From an uncultured Verrucomicrobiota bacterium (GTDB lineage: Bacteria; Verrucomicrobiota; Kiritimatiellia; CAIQIC01; Lenti-01): a DNA stretch of 64,000 nucleotides. Both the position numbers and the translations under genes were made by a program. A model generated the notes under the pieces. It saw only the letters and a program-made list of their open reading frames with translations. It did no database searches and had not been told where the DNA came from. Below are positions 56,701 to 64,000 of this stretch, piece after piece; the first letter of the stretch is position 1; the number at the start of each line of letters is the position of its first letter. The stretch spans positions 38,334-102,333 of the forward strand of contig CAYMTY010000006.1 of NCBI GenBank assembly GCA_964393515.1. Reading direction: 5' to 3'.

Positions 56701-59700
56701 ACGCGGCGCCTTCGTTCGGCGTGGCGTTGTCCACGGTCTTGAGGATGGCCAGGTCCGAGCCATACACGCCGACCACCGCCTCCGCGACGTCGTTCGCGGA
56801 ATTCAGATCGGTCTGGTCCAGCGCGGCGACGGCCGCGGCATTCGTCCACACCAGCCCGCCGGATCCGACCGCGGCGGCGGAGTAGATCTCCAGGGTGGCG
56901 GTGGCCAGCGGACCGAGGCTGCCGACCGTCCACAGACCCGTGCCGCTGGCATACGAGCCCTGGCTGGCGGTGTTCGAAACGTAGTTGAATCCGGCCGGAA
57001 GCAAATCCGCCAGTTCCACGCCCGTGGCTTCCACGCCGGACGACAGATTGGTCACCGTAACGGTGAACTTCACGGCCTCGGTCTCGCCGACCCAGGCGGC
57101 ATCCGCCACCTTGCCCACGCCGAGGTCCACGGGAATGAACGGATCGACGACGGTATCCGTCAGCGGGATCGTCTGGATCTCGCTCGTCGCGGAAGCCACG
57201 TTGGTGATGGCCATCAGGGCCAGCGGATCATCGACCACCACCTGGAAAGTCACTTCCAGCGCCTGTCCGGGATCCAGCCACCAGCCCTCGGCCAAGTTGG
57301 GCGGATCGTCTTCCGTTCCGACCGGCTTGGCGGTGGGCAGATCGTAGGCCACCGTCACCCGGCCGCCGGCCCCGTCGCCCCCGTCGTGGTCGTCGTTGTT
57401 GCTGGCGTTGCCGCCCGAACCGCCGCCGCCGAACGCCGATCCCGCCGCCCCGTCGGAGCCGTCGCCGACCCCATCGGCGCCATCGCCGCCGTACAAACTG
57501 GTTCCGGTGCCGCCGGTCCCGACCGAGGCATCGCCTCCCGCCCCCGTGCTGCCCGCCCCCCCGCCGCCCGCGCCGGAAGCCCCCGTGTTCCCCTGCGCCC
57601 CGTTGCCGCCGCGATAGACGACATCGCCGATGGACGCGGCTGCAGATCCGGTCCCCCCTGCGCCGTTGGCGTTCTGGACAGCCGTCCCCACGCCGCCCGC
57701 ACCGCCTTCCGCGTAGACCACGTCCACCGCACCGAACCAGCTCGCGCCGCCCGGCAAACCATTGATGCCGCCGGCCGCGCTGCCGCCCGCGCCGCCCGCC
57801 CCCACCGTGACGGCATAGTTGGATCCCGGCACCACGACCAGATTGCTGACCATGGCAAACGCGCCGCCCGCGCCGCCGCCGCCGGTCGACCGCCGTCCGG
57901 TCTCGCGGCCGCCGCCGCCGCCGCCGCCCCAGGCCGAAACGGTGACGCTGGTCACGCCCGCCGGCGCGGTGAAGGTCGTGGAGGCATCGTAGACCGTCGT
58001 CGTGGGAACCGGCGGGCTTTCCGGAAAGCGGGTCACGGCGACGCTGTCCGGCACGTAGGTCGTGCCGTCCGGCACGACGTCGGCCAGCGACACGTTCGTG
58101 TGCGCGGTCGCGCCGTAGTTGGTGACGATCATCGTATAGGTGATCGTGCCGCCGGGCTGCACCGACCCCGAAACGTCCGACGTCTTGTCCAGCCGCAGGG
58201 TACTGACCGCCACCGTCGCGGAATCGACGTCGTTGGCGGAATCCGGATCCGGCAGGCTGCTGGCGGTGATCGTGGCCGTGTTGGTCAGCACGGTGCCGGC
58301 GGTCGCCGCATCGACGGTCGCGTAGATCGCCAGCGTGGCCACCGCATCGGCTGCCAGCGCCCCGACGGTCCACGCGCCCGTGCCGCCGTCGTAGCTGCCC
58401 TGGCTGACGGCGTTCGAGACGTACGTCGCCCCGGCCATCGGCGGGTCCGAGACCGCGACGCCCGTCACGGCCGCCGGGCCGAAGTTGGTGATCGCGATCG
58501 TGAAGACGATGGCCTGCCCTTCGGAAGCCGCTGCGGGATCCGCCCGCTTGCCGAGGCCGAGGTCCGCGCCGAGCACCGGCAGTTCCGCCGAAGCGGCGTT
58601 GTTGGTCACCACTGGATCGTCGTGGCTCGAAGCCGTAATGGCGGCCGTGTTGGTCAGCGTCGTGCCGCCGGTTCCGGCCAGCGGCGTGGCGGTGATCGCC
58701 AGCGAAGCGGAACCGCCGTTGGTCACGGCGCCCACCGTCCAGATGCCCGTGCCGCTGGCATAGGATCCCTGGCTCGCGACCGCGCCGCCATAGCTGAAGC
58801 CGGCCGGCAGCAGATCGGTCACCGCGATGCCCGCGGCATCGTGGGGCCCGTTGTTGGCGAGCGCGATCGTGAACTCGACGGAGACCCCTTCTTCCGAGTT
58901 CGTCGGATCCACGGTCTTGAGCACCGCCAGGTCCGTCTGCTGGATCGCGAAGGTCGCGGAAGCCGAGTTGTCGGTCTCGTTGGTGTCCGGCCGGTTCATC
59001 CGGGTGATAGCGGCATCGTTGGTGATGGTCAGCCCGCCGTAGCCGGCGTTGACCGTGCCGGTGATGGTCAGCGTGCCGACCGCCCCCACCGCCAGGTTGC
59101 CGATGTCCCAGATGCCCGTCGCCTCGCTGTAGGTGCCGGTCGTGGCCCCGTAGCCGACGAACGCCACCGCCGGCGGCAGCACGTCCGTCACCTGCACCAG
59201 CGACACGTTCACCGCGCCCGCGTTGGTGAGGTTCAGCGTATAGACCACCGGATCGCCTTTTTTCGCGTCGGTCGGCAGCACGCTCTTGCCGAGGCGCAGG
59301 TCGCCCGGCGCCAGATGCATCCCCGCATCAATCGTCAGATTGGTCTCGCCGCTGGCCAGGGCAATCAGGTCCGTGAGCCCCGTGGCCGGATCCGGATCGC
59401 TGTCGATGGCCGCGTCCGCGCCCACCTGCCGCAGGGTGAACTGGTATCCACCCGCTGGCAGCGTGAAATCGACGAAAAACGTTCCCGGGCCGATGCCCTC
59501 GGCCAGCCACTGGCCGTTGCCGTCCGTCCGGGTCACCGTCGCCAGGTTCGTGTCGCTGTCGTACACCTCCACCAGCACGTTCGCCAAGCCCGGCTCCTCC
59601 GAGTCCTGGAGGCCATCGCCGTCGCGGTCGTCCCACACGAAATTGCCCAGCGTCACGTCCAGCGATTCTTCGAAAAACATCATGCCGCCGCTGATCAGGT

Positions 59701-60670
59701 CGAGCCCGCCGTACGCGCTGCCGGTCGACGTGTTGGTCGGGAACGCGGCGCTGTTGGCCACGTTCGTCCAGTCCGCGCCGCTGGTGCTCACGTCGTTCCC
59801 CGCCAGGGAGTAGCCGTAGATGTAGTCGTTGGTCTGCAGGCCCAGATCCTGCCAGGTCACGTACACGCCCGACAACGCCTGCGGCGTGATGACCGCGGAG
59901 GGATGCAGGTCGTCGCCGCCTTCGGTGTAGCCCCGCATCACCGTCGTGTCGATCGAAATCCCCGAATTGCCCCACTGCGTTTCGAGCACGCTGACCGGAT
60001 CCCCGAACGCCGTCGGCCGGTTGCTGGCGTCCACCGCCAGGATCGCCGCGATCTTGAACCGGTCGTTGCCCCCGCGGTCCATGACCAGAAACCCGCGCTG
60101 GTCGATGTTGTTGAACACCGGAAACCCATCCGGGAAAATATAATCGATGCGCTCGATGTTGTTGTTGTTGCCGTTGCCGTCGCCCGAGTTGGCGAAGACG
60201 TTGTCCGCGCCGCGGTTCACGATGGACCCTCGCAAGGATTCCATCATCGTTTCCGCAAAATCCGGCCGCAGCGCGACGTTCGTCCCCGTCACCGCATAGT
60301 CTTCGTAGAGCACGATGTGGAGGCGGCCCGTCGCATTCACGTTGTCCACGCGCTCGAGGTTGATGATGTCCGCCAGCAGCACGAAGTTGAAGCTCTCCCC
60401 CCCGATCTCGAAGCCGGTCAGGCGCAGGTTGTTCTGGCTGCCCTCGCCGAACGTGACGCGGTAGGTTGTTCCCACCGGGAAATCCGCGCTGCCACCGCCC
60501 GTCGTCGCATAGTTGTCGTTCGTCTGCGTCGAATCGTCGTACGCCGCCAGCAGGCCCGAAATCGCCTCCAGCCCGTAGGCCGCCGGGCCGCCCGCCCACG
60601 CCAGCAGTAACAGGCCGCTCAGAACCGCGCACCGTTTCCCGAACCGGGATTGGAACGTCCGGCTCTTCAT
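50714..60670 (-). CDS. Giant secreted multi-domain surface protein 3 (about 3318 aa). About ten or more DUF11-type repeats, SdrD-B-like domains, a glycine-rich module and the shared C-terminal clan-CD peptidase-like module.
   Basis: Start taken at MKSRTFQSRFGKRCAVLSGLLLLAWAGGPAAYG (60670). DUF11-like units of the form DLAVLKTVDPT...NNGP...TN.A. Glycine-rich block WGGGGGGGRETG...GRVTVAYD. The His/Cys pair is YTGHGGAKNWSA ... IALTCFAGRYE. Confidence 0.8.
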   Translation of the reverse strand: MKSRTFQSRFGKRCAVLSGLLLLAWAGGPAAYGLEAISGLLAAYDDSTQTNDNYATTGGGSADFPVGTTYRVTFGEGSQNNLRLTGFEIGGESFNFVLLADIINLERVDNVNATGRLHIVLYEDYAVTGTNVALRPDFAETMMESLRGSIVNRGADNVFANSGDGNGNNNNIERIDYIFPDGFPVFNNIDQRGFLVMDRGGNDRFKIAAILAVDASNRPTAFGDPVSVLETQWGNSGISIDTTVMRGYTEGGDDLHPSAVITPQALSGVYVTWQDLGLQTNDYIYGYSLAGNDVSTSGADWTNVANSAAFPTNTSTGSAYGGLDLISGGMMFFEESLDVTLGNFVWDDRDGDGLQDSEEPGLANVLVEVYDSDTNLATVTRTDGNGQWLAEGIGPGTFFVDFTLPAGGYQFTLRQVGADAAIDSDPDPATGLTDLIALASGETNLTIDAGMHLAPGDLRLGKSVLPTDAKKGDPVVYTLNLTNAGAVNVSLVQVTDVLPPAVAFVGYGATTGTYSEATGIWDIGNLAVGAVGTLTITGTVNAGYGGLTITNDAAITRMNRPDTNETDNSASATFAIQQTDLAVLKTVDPTNSEEGVSVEFTIALANNGPHDAAGIAVTDLLPAGFSYGGAVASQGSYASGTGIWTVGAVTNGGSASLAITATPLAGTGGTTLTNTAAITASSHDDPVVTNNAASAELPVLGADLGLGKRADPAAASEGQAIVFTIAITNFGPAAVTGVAVSDPPMAGATYVSNAVSQGSYDGGTGAWTVGALAADAVATLAIYATVDAATAGTVLTNTATITASSLPDPDSANDVDSATVAVSTLRLDKTSDVSGSVQPGGTITYTMIVTNYGATAHTNVSLADVVPDGTTYVPDSVAVTRFPESPPVPTTTVYDASTTFTAPAGVTSVTVSAWGGGGGGGRETGRRSTGGGGAGGAFAMVSNLVVVPGSNYAVTVGAGGAGGSAAGGINGLPGGASWFGAVDVVYAEGGAGGVGTAVQNANGAGGTGSAAASIGDVVYRGGNGAQGNTGASGAGGGGAGSTGAGGDASVGTGGTGTSLYGGDGADGVGDGSDGAAGSAFGGGGSGGNASNNDDHDGGDGAGGRVTVAYDLPTAKPVGTEDDPPNLAEGWWLDPGQALEVTFQVVVDDPLALMAITNVASATSEIQTIPLTDTVVDPFIPVDLGVGKVADAAWVGETEAVKFTVTVTNLSSGVEATGVELADLLPAGFNYVSNTASQGSYASGTGLWTVGSLGPLATATLEIYSAAAVGSGGLVWTNAAAVAALDQTDLNSANDVAEAVVGVYGSDLAILKTVDNATPNEGAALLYSIVVSNRGPSDTTGVAVSEPLTNGVTYVSNAVSQGSYDGGSGLWTVGDLDAGDSATLWIAATVDAGTKGASITNWSRITATDMPDPVAANDQDSAVVYVSALIVTKTSDVAGYAVPGSNVVYTMIVSNSGASTHSNLVVTDLAPSGTTYVADSLEVTGPNWTTINVRDEFNAQAYTNNDGSLDWNADWQEGDPAGTAGPVGDYVGVTAGGQLFLHWAYVGDEWASRGADLSGYDSAVLRYDWQTVNLAGGQTVSVLVSTNGAAPFVEVGTYSGSASGSAEIDVTAFMSTNTTVRFENQSVNWDNGDYGYFDNVELEAMAFTTNTVSGGGPPVLATNRSLRPGEVLTLTFEVAVDNPCGATQIVNTVSVTSDQTSTNVTATVADPVAYTDLALVKTADETHPAEGDRVTYAITVTNKGPIAATGLQVAEPLTNGLIYVSAVPSQGTYDDGTGLWDVGTLAVGAVAILTLSADVEAGTAGTAITNLSRISALDQADPTPGDNQDVAVVAVEGVDVGVGKSVDPIVPVEKEQLVYTVSVTNFGPDAATGVEVTDLLPVGLTYVSAVPSQGSYNDATGLWDVGTLAASQVETLAITALVNTNTAGTALTNVAARTATDQIDTNAANDSAEVVVDPTQAPLDIFKSVDPSGTVGSGDSLTYTIVVTNHSAQTQTGVDVTDVLPAGLAYVPGSIAATAPVATNATILDSFNARNYGNNNGTTNWSANWVESEGDGPAAGNVQVLFDTVRGATFTLRFAGAGQTLARQADLSGKSGATLSFDYRRDGLEAGEYVAVQMSSNGTAGTFTEIGRFNGAATDVAYSEFSYDIGAWISTATVVRFVSPAGMDATDVLWIDDVQIETERRVQAAVPGGAPPNLVSGLMLMPGESATLTFAATVNAPAVVTQLVNSASVTSDQMTNPRTDTAENPVDPDWAAVGDRVWLDVNGNGVQNSTETNGVADIPVALMDTNGMVVAAQMTSAAGLYFFENLVPGTYYLRFDLSNLDTNYVVLAPALASGDPALDSDATAGGIGGYAWTTNFVLSGSQTNLTLDLGLAPLGATRAELVDVWGEWRGDAGFVAWRTASEWDTAGFRVYRVDPETGAETRLNEDWVLAAMCEDSAEYALAVPGAETGTTGFYRLEEAELTGGTVDHGTHEIRFVVPPPAPKAAPAAKAVPVDVRPLKRAGPSPVLKVLFQREGLYGVALQAIAAGLGLALEDVQALAEANQLAFTEQGAAVPVVYDAVNSRMVFHGRPTDNWYARDNAILIEGGEGLAMARREPGAAGAETVFPAQVRFEEDLATGNATMLERPADWYYWKMVTASVNPAANRVDFAFDLTGFAGGPVTLTVDLLGWTRTDRIPDHRAEFFVNGVAAGSLEFDDQRAAQAVLELPEGVAVEGANTLTVRGALPTTGLYGNFVVDGFTAAYARRLEPGAGTLHFRAGGAAGVSAAPYAAPLAVALEDSGGPAWIADETGTLPGKAWAAAGENERFAVVESAELPLLVPEPAAADAWFLAADNRIDYLIVSSRALAETAQALADYRAGQGLRAGVAVFEDACDLLTGGLRTPEAIPELLAYAQATWAEAPWLVVLAGNGHYDYLGVKSNEVNHLPPLLLPTKDGLFAADGLLADTDGDGLPDAAVGRLPARNAADLAAMIEKIRAFEVEFGAAWQDNFVLANDTDDPAAGSFAADSERLADLTRPPRAVPERINLNKMAIAAGRATLLNWFKNGAGFIHYTGHGGAKNWSAKNLLKDTDVQTMVNSQQPVVIALTCFAGRYEMPAVQNLGEALLLRAQGGAVAVWSPSGASRNAPAVDLAAAFYRAVFQEGCGTLGLAIRQAQRAVQNSVFSQDTLAVYNLLGDPALRLAGNQSGQPADAGFATWRWQRFTPAELADPQISGPTAGNFFAYALAGDGVLAVEPAAGEADGEDSGFVVRWRRRIQRSDVEYRLYVSEDLRTWEPGSTDLQELGATPDPDGVMETVHTRIFRPDARRLFVGILAVRR

Positions 60671-60959
60671 CCGCCCCCCGCCGCTTCCAACGGCCGGACG
60701 ATCCCCGGTGTGCCCCGGCATCGTCTCCGCCCGCCCCCCCACCGGTGTCCGTGCCGATCACCCGCGCGGGGGCCGGACGCGTCCCGGCGCCAGCCAGCCC
60801 ACACCCGCAATCGCGGGCGTTCCGCGGCCCCGGCAGCTGGCTTTCTTCCGGCGGCGGCGCGCAGAACGCCTGCGGCATACGGACGGCGGCCGCTGCCGCC
60901 GCCAATCCACCCCCAACATGACAACCGAACAATCCGGAGCCGCCGCCTTGCTGGCATGG

Positions 60960-61090
60960 CCGGCAGGGTGCGCGGGCAGGATATATTGTTTAAAAACCAT
61001 TTCATCCGGACGGTATAAGCGTATAAAAGGCGGCGCCCGCTTACAAAATCCGTATCATTATTATATGGTTAGGATTGTGTTATTGTGCGG
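60960..61090. promoter_or_regulatory. AT-rich island about 300 nt upstream of giant gene 3. Candidate promoter with a long GC-rich leader.
   Basis: GGATATATTGTTTAAAAACCATTTCATCC...TATAAGCGTATAAAAGG...ATCATTATTATATGGTTAGGATTGTGTTATTGTG. Confidence 0.3.
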
Positions 61091-61240
61091 TTAGGCCAAG
61101 GTGCCGGATCCTCTTCTGGCGCGGAGTGCTCCTTCCGTGTGCATGAAGCCGGATTCCGAGGAGCAGGAGATCCGCATAGTATTCTACGCGCCAGATCGAT
61201 TGTCCGGCGGGGGGGGGACGCCTTCGAAGCGCAGACCGGC

Positions 61241-64000
61241 TTATCTGGCCAGGCCGGGCAGGTTGGGCAGGGCGCCGCCCTGCCAGGGCGGCGGGGCGGC
61301 AGGGCGCTGGCCCGTCTGGCGCGGAAACAGGGCGCGGAACTGCGGATTGGTGGCCAGGGGCTGGAAACGCCCGTCGCGCAGGATGGCTTCGCGGGCCTGG
61401 TCGCCGCCCAGCTCGATCGCCTTGCGGGCGGTAGTCACGGCTTCGGCGTCGCGCCGGACAAAGGCGTAGGCGGCCGCCAGGTCGAGCCAGACATCCAAGT
61501 TGTTGGCTTCCTTCTTCGTGTACTGCTCGAGGGCGAAGATCAATGCATCCACGCGCTGGTCCTGCGCAAACAGCCCGGCCAGCGCCAGGATGTGCTGGGG
61601 CGGCAGCCCCGGATCGCCCACCAGGCGCATGGCCAGCTGCTGGTAGGCCCCCTGCATGCCCGAGGCGCGGTAGATCGACACCAGTTCCAGCGCCTCGTCG
61701 GGCGACAGCACGCCGGTTTCATGCTGCTTCTTCTCGATCGCCTGCCGCCGGTCGATCATCCGCCGGGTGCTCTCGATCTGCGCCAGGAACCCCTTGGCGC
61801 TGTCGTTCTTGGGATCCGCGGCGTAGAAGTCCCGCACGATCTTATCGGCGTCGTCGAAACGCTGCATGTTCATGTACATCTGCGCGAGGCGGAAATTCGC
61901 CTCCGGCGACAGCGGATACAGGTCGATCGACTGCCGGAAGGCGTACTCCGCCTCGTCGTACATCCGCCGGTAGTCGTAGATGCCGGCGATGGCGCTGCGC
62001 AGCTTCGAAAACGACTTGCGCGCGCAGATGTCGCGGCGGAACTTGGCCTGGTCCAGCAGCCATTTCGTGTACCAGCCCCAGAACCGGTGGTCGTTCTCCA
62101 CCAGTTTCGGATCCAGCCCCGGCAGCGGCTCCGCGTTGAGCTTCAGCATCAGGCCGTTCGGCGTCAGGTACGGATACATCCAGCCGATCACGTAGCTTTC
62201 CTCGACGTAGAAGTCGTGCTTGGCCTTGTTCTCCTTGAAGATCAGCTCGGCCAGGATGCCGTTGATCGTCATCACCCCGCCCACCCCCTGCACGCTGACC
62301 TTGCCATTCTCGATCTTGATGTCCGCCCCGGCCTGGATGCGGCCCGCGTTGACGTCGTCCACGTACTTGCGGAAGGCCTCGTTGCTGTCCTCCAGCGACG
62401 GGATGTAGATCGTGTCGCCGTAGAGGTCGCGGGTGATGTTCATGAACGTGTTGTCCGCCAGCGCGTTCTGCGTGATCAGGTACACGTCGGAGCGGACGTC
62501 GGCCGAATAGATCATGTAGGTCGGCACGAACCGTCCCGGATCGGTGCCACCGTAGAAGATTGCGTTCGGCGTCATCGCCGGCGGGTAGTCCGGCTCGGCC
62601 GCGCCGAGCGCGTTCGTCAGCGCCCCCCATTCCCGGGCGAAGTCCGCCTCGTCCGGGAACCAGTGCCGGAAGTCATCCTCGATCCCCTTGATGCCTTCCA
62701 GCCCCCAGTTGCCGAACTGCCAGCCGTAGGAATGGCCGTTCTGTTCGGCCCCGCCCACGATCCGCAGCTGGTCCTCGTCGTAGGCGTTCTGCCACAGCAG
62801 GATCCCCGGCAGCAGCAGGCCCGCGAGCATGGCCGGCGCCAGCGCCCGCGGCCCCAGCAGCCGCTCCAGCCACGCCGCCGACAGCAGGATCCCGTAGCCC
62901 AGCCACAGCGAATAGAGCGCATGGCTCTGGATGAACTGCACCCGCCCGATGAACAGGTTCTGGATGTCCAGCGACGGGTTCTGGAAGATCAGGAACACCA
63001 CACTCACCGAGAAGAACCCGACCACCGAGGTGATCAGCCAGCGCTGCTGCGACACGCCGAGGTCGGAATCCAGCGCGAGGGCCGAGCGGTTCAGGGCCCA
63101 CGCCAGCCCGATCGCCACCGGCGGCCCCGCGACCAGGCCCAGGTAAAACAGTTTTCCCGCGCCGGACAGATAGCCCGGCTGGCCCGCCTCCACCCCGAAG
63201 GACCGGAACACCGCCTTCAGGCTCATCACGTCCACCCACAGCGCCCCGCCCGCCACCACCGCCAGGAGGCCCCAGAGCATGAGCTTCGTCCCGAGTGCAT
63301 GGCTCCGGAGCTCCGCCGCCTGCTGCTTGAGGTACAGCGCCAGCAGGGTGAAGAACCCCCAGCCCGCCAGCAGCAGGACCGGCCCGATCAGCAGGCGGTA
63401 GAGCTTTTCGAGGCCGGCCCAGCCCGTCGCCGTCTCCAGCACGATCAGCAGCGACGACGCCAGCACCAGCCCGAGCGCCACCGGAAATGCCGAGCGGCGC
63501 TTGCCGCCCGCCACCAGGCCCCACGAGCAGAACGGCAGGAAGCCCAGCACCGCCACCGGCAGCGAAAACTGGTTGCGCAAATCCGTCAGGTAGGCCCCGA
63601 GCTGCTGGATGAACTTCTCGCTGAAAATGTCCGTCGGTACGATGGCCTCGTACTGCCCGCGGGTCACCGCGTGCATGAAGCCCTCCCACGTGCGCGGATA
63701 GCCCCAGTTCATCGGCGGATTCTGCTCCGAGGCGAACGGCAGGTAGAGGTAGAACGCCACGCCCAGTTCGGCCAGCAGGATCGTGACCGCTACGGTTTTG
63801 CCGTGCGGCAGGCGTACCAGCGCCAGCCCCACCGGCAGCAGCAGGGAGATCTGGAACAGCAATGCCATCCGCTGGCCCGCCCCCTGCCACAGCCACGCCG
63901 CAAACGGGTTCAGGGCGCGTTCCGCCGGCGGCGGCACCAGCGCGTTGACCAGCCACGGGCTGAAGTTCTGGGCCTTCTGCACCACATCCGCCGGCACCTG
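61241..64000 (-). CDS. DUF2723-family polytopic membrane protein (glycosyltransferase-like) with a C-terminal TPR-repeat domain. The N-terminus lies beyond the window.
   Basis: More than ten TM helices, then a soluble region with TPR-like repeats (AEYAFRQSIDLYPLSPEANFRLAQMYMNMQRFDDADKIVRDFYAADP). The reading frame is open to position 64000. Confidence 0.65.
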   Translation of the reverse strand, partial: QVPADVVQKAQNFSPWLVNALVPPPAERALNPFAAWLWQGAGQRMALLFQISLLLPVGLALVRLPHGKTVAVTILLAELGVAFYLYLPFASEQNPPMNWGYPRTWEGFMHAVTRGQYEAIVPTDIFSEKFIQQLGAYLTDLRNQFSLPVAVLGFLPFCSWGLVAGGKRRSAFPVALGLVLASSLLIVLETATGWAGLEKLYRLLIGPVLLLAGWGFFTLLALYLKQQAAELRSHALGTKLMLWGLLAVVAGGALWVDVMSLKAVFRSFGVEAGQPGYLSGAGKLFYLGLVAGPPVAIGLAWALNRSALALDSDLGVSQQRWLITSVVGFFSVSVVFLIFQNPSLDIQNLFIGRVQFIQSHALYSLWLGYGILLSAAWLERLLGPRALAPAMLAGLLLPGILLWQNAYDEDQLRIVGGAEQNGHSYGWQFGNWGLEGIKGIEDDFRHWFPDEADFAREWGALTNALGAAEPDYPPAMTPNAIFYGGTDPGRFVPTYMIYSADVRSDVYLITQNALADNTFMNITRDLYGDTIYIPSLEDSNEAFRKYVDDVNAGRIQAGADIKIENGKVSVQGVGGVMTINGILAELIFKENKAKHDFYVEESYVIGWMYPYLTPNGLMLKLNAEPLPGLDPKLVENDHRFWGWYTKWLLDQAKFRRDICARKSFSKLRSAIAGIYDYRRMYDEAEYAFRQSIDLYPLSPEANFRLAQMYMNMQRFDDADKIVRDFYAADPKNDSAKGFLAQIESTRRMIDRRQAIEKKQHETGVLSPDEALELVSIYRASGMQGAYQQLAMRLVGDPGLPPQHILALAGLFAQDQRVDALIFALEQYTKKEANNLDVWLDLAAAYAFVRRDAEAVTTARKAIELGGDQAREAILRDGRFQPLATNPQFRALFPRQTGQRPAAPPPWQGGALPNLPGLAR

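Overview
This is a high-GC (about 68-70%) bacterial chromosomal segment. Nearly all genes run on the minus strand from about 40.3 kb down to position 1. Reading from low to high coordinates:

(1) 1-14.4 kb: a cell-surface polysaccharide biosynthesis and export locus. It carries a GT4 fragment, murB, a pyruvyl transferase, a GT2, the ABC exporter pair Wzt and Wzm, a Wzy_C/O-antigen-ligase-like protein, a Wzc-type BY-kinase co-polymerase, a Wza-like OPX lipoprotein, an outer-membrane beta-barrel and a secreted glycoside-hydrolase-like protein. Two intergenic gaps of this operon hold low-GC cassettes that look like rRNA intervening sequences. Each is a frameshifted 'four-helix-bundle / 23S rRNA IVS protein' gene bracketed by its own imperfect inverted repeats. 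A related 78-bp palindrome sits in-frame inside wzt.

(2) 14.4-17.5 kb: a tightly coupled PqqD-like, radical SAM/SPASM, 58-aa Cys-containing small ORF and HprK-related P-loop kinase module. A divergent soluble S24/S26-like peptidase lies beside it. The module sits 17 nt downstream of a giant gene.

(3) 17.5-60.7 kb: three giant paralogous secreted proteins (about 3846, 2487 and 3318 aa). They are mosaics of DUF11, SdrD-B-like, MBG, discoidin, FG-GAP and glycine-rich modules. All three share a roughly 1000-aa conserved module that ends in a clan-CD (gingipain/C25-like) His/Cys peptidase-like domain. Each is preceded by a sharply AT-rich upstream island. They are interleaved with signal-transduction genes: a 7TMR-DISM histidine kinase plus LytTR regulator, two paralogous periplasmic-binding-domain histidine kinases with duplicated leaderless-type promoters, CheY-like receivers, and a PAS-receiver protein carrying an in-frame TGA.

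(4) 61.2-64 kb: a partial DUF2723/TPR membrane protein.

No rRNA, tRNA, CRISPR array or transposase was recognised.
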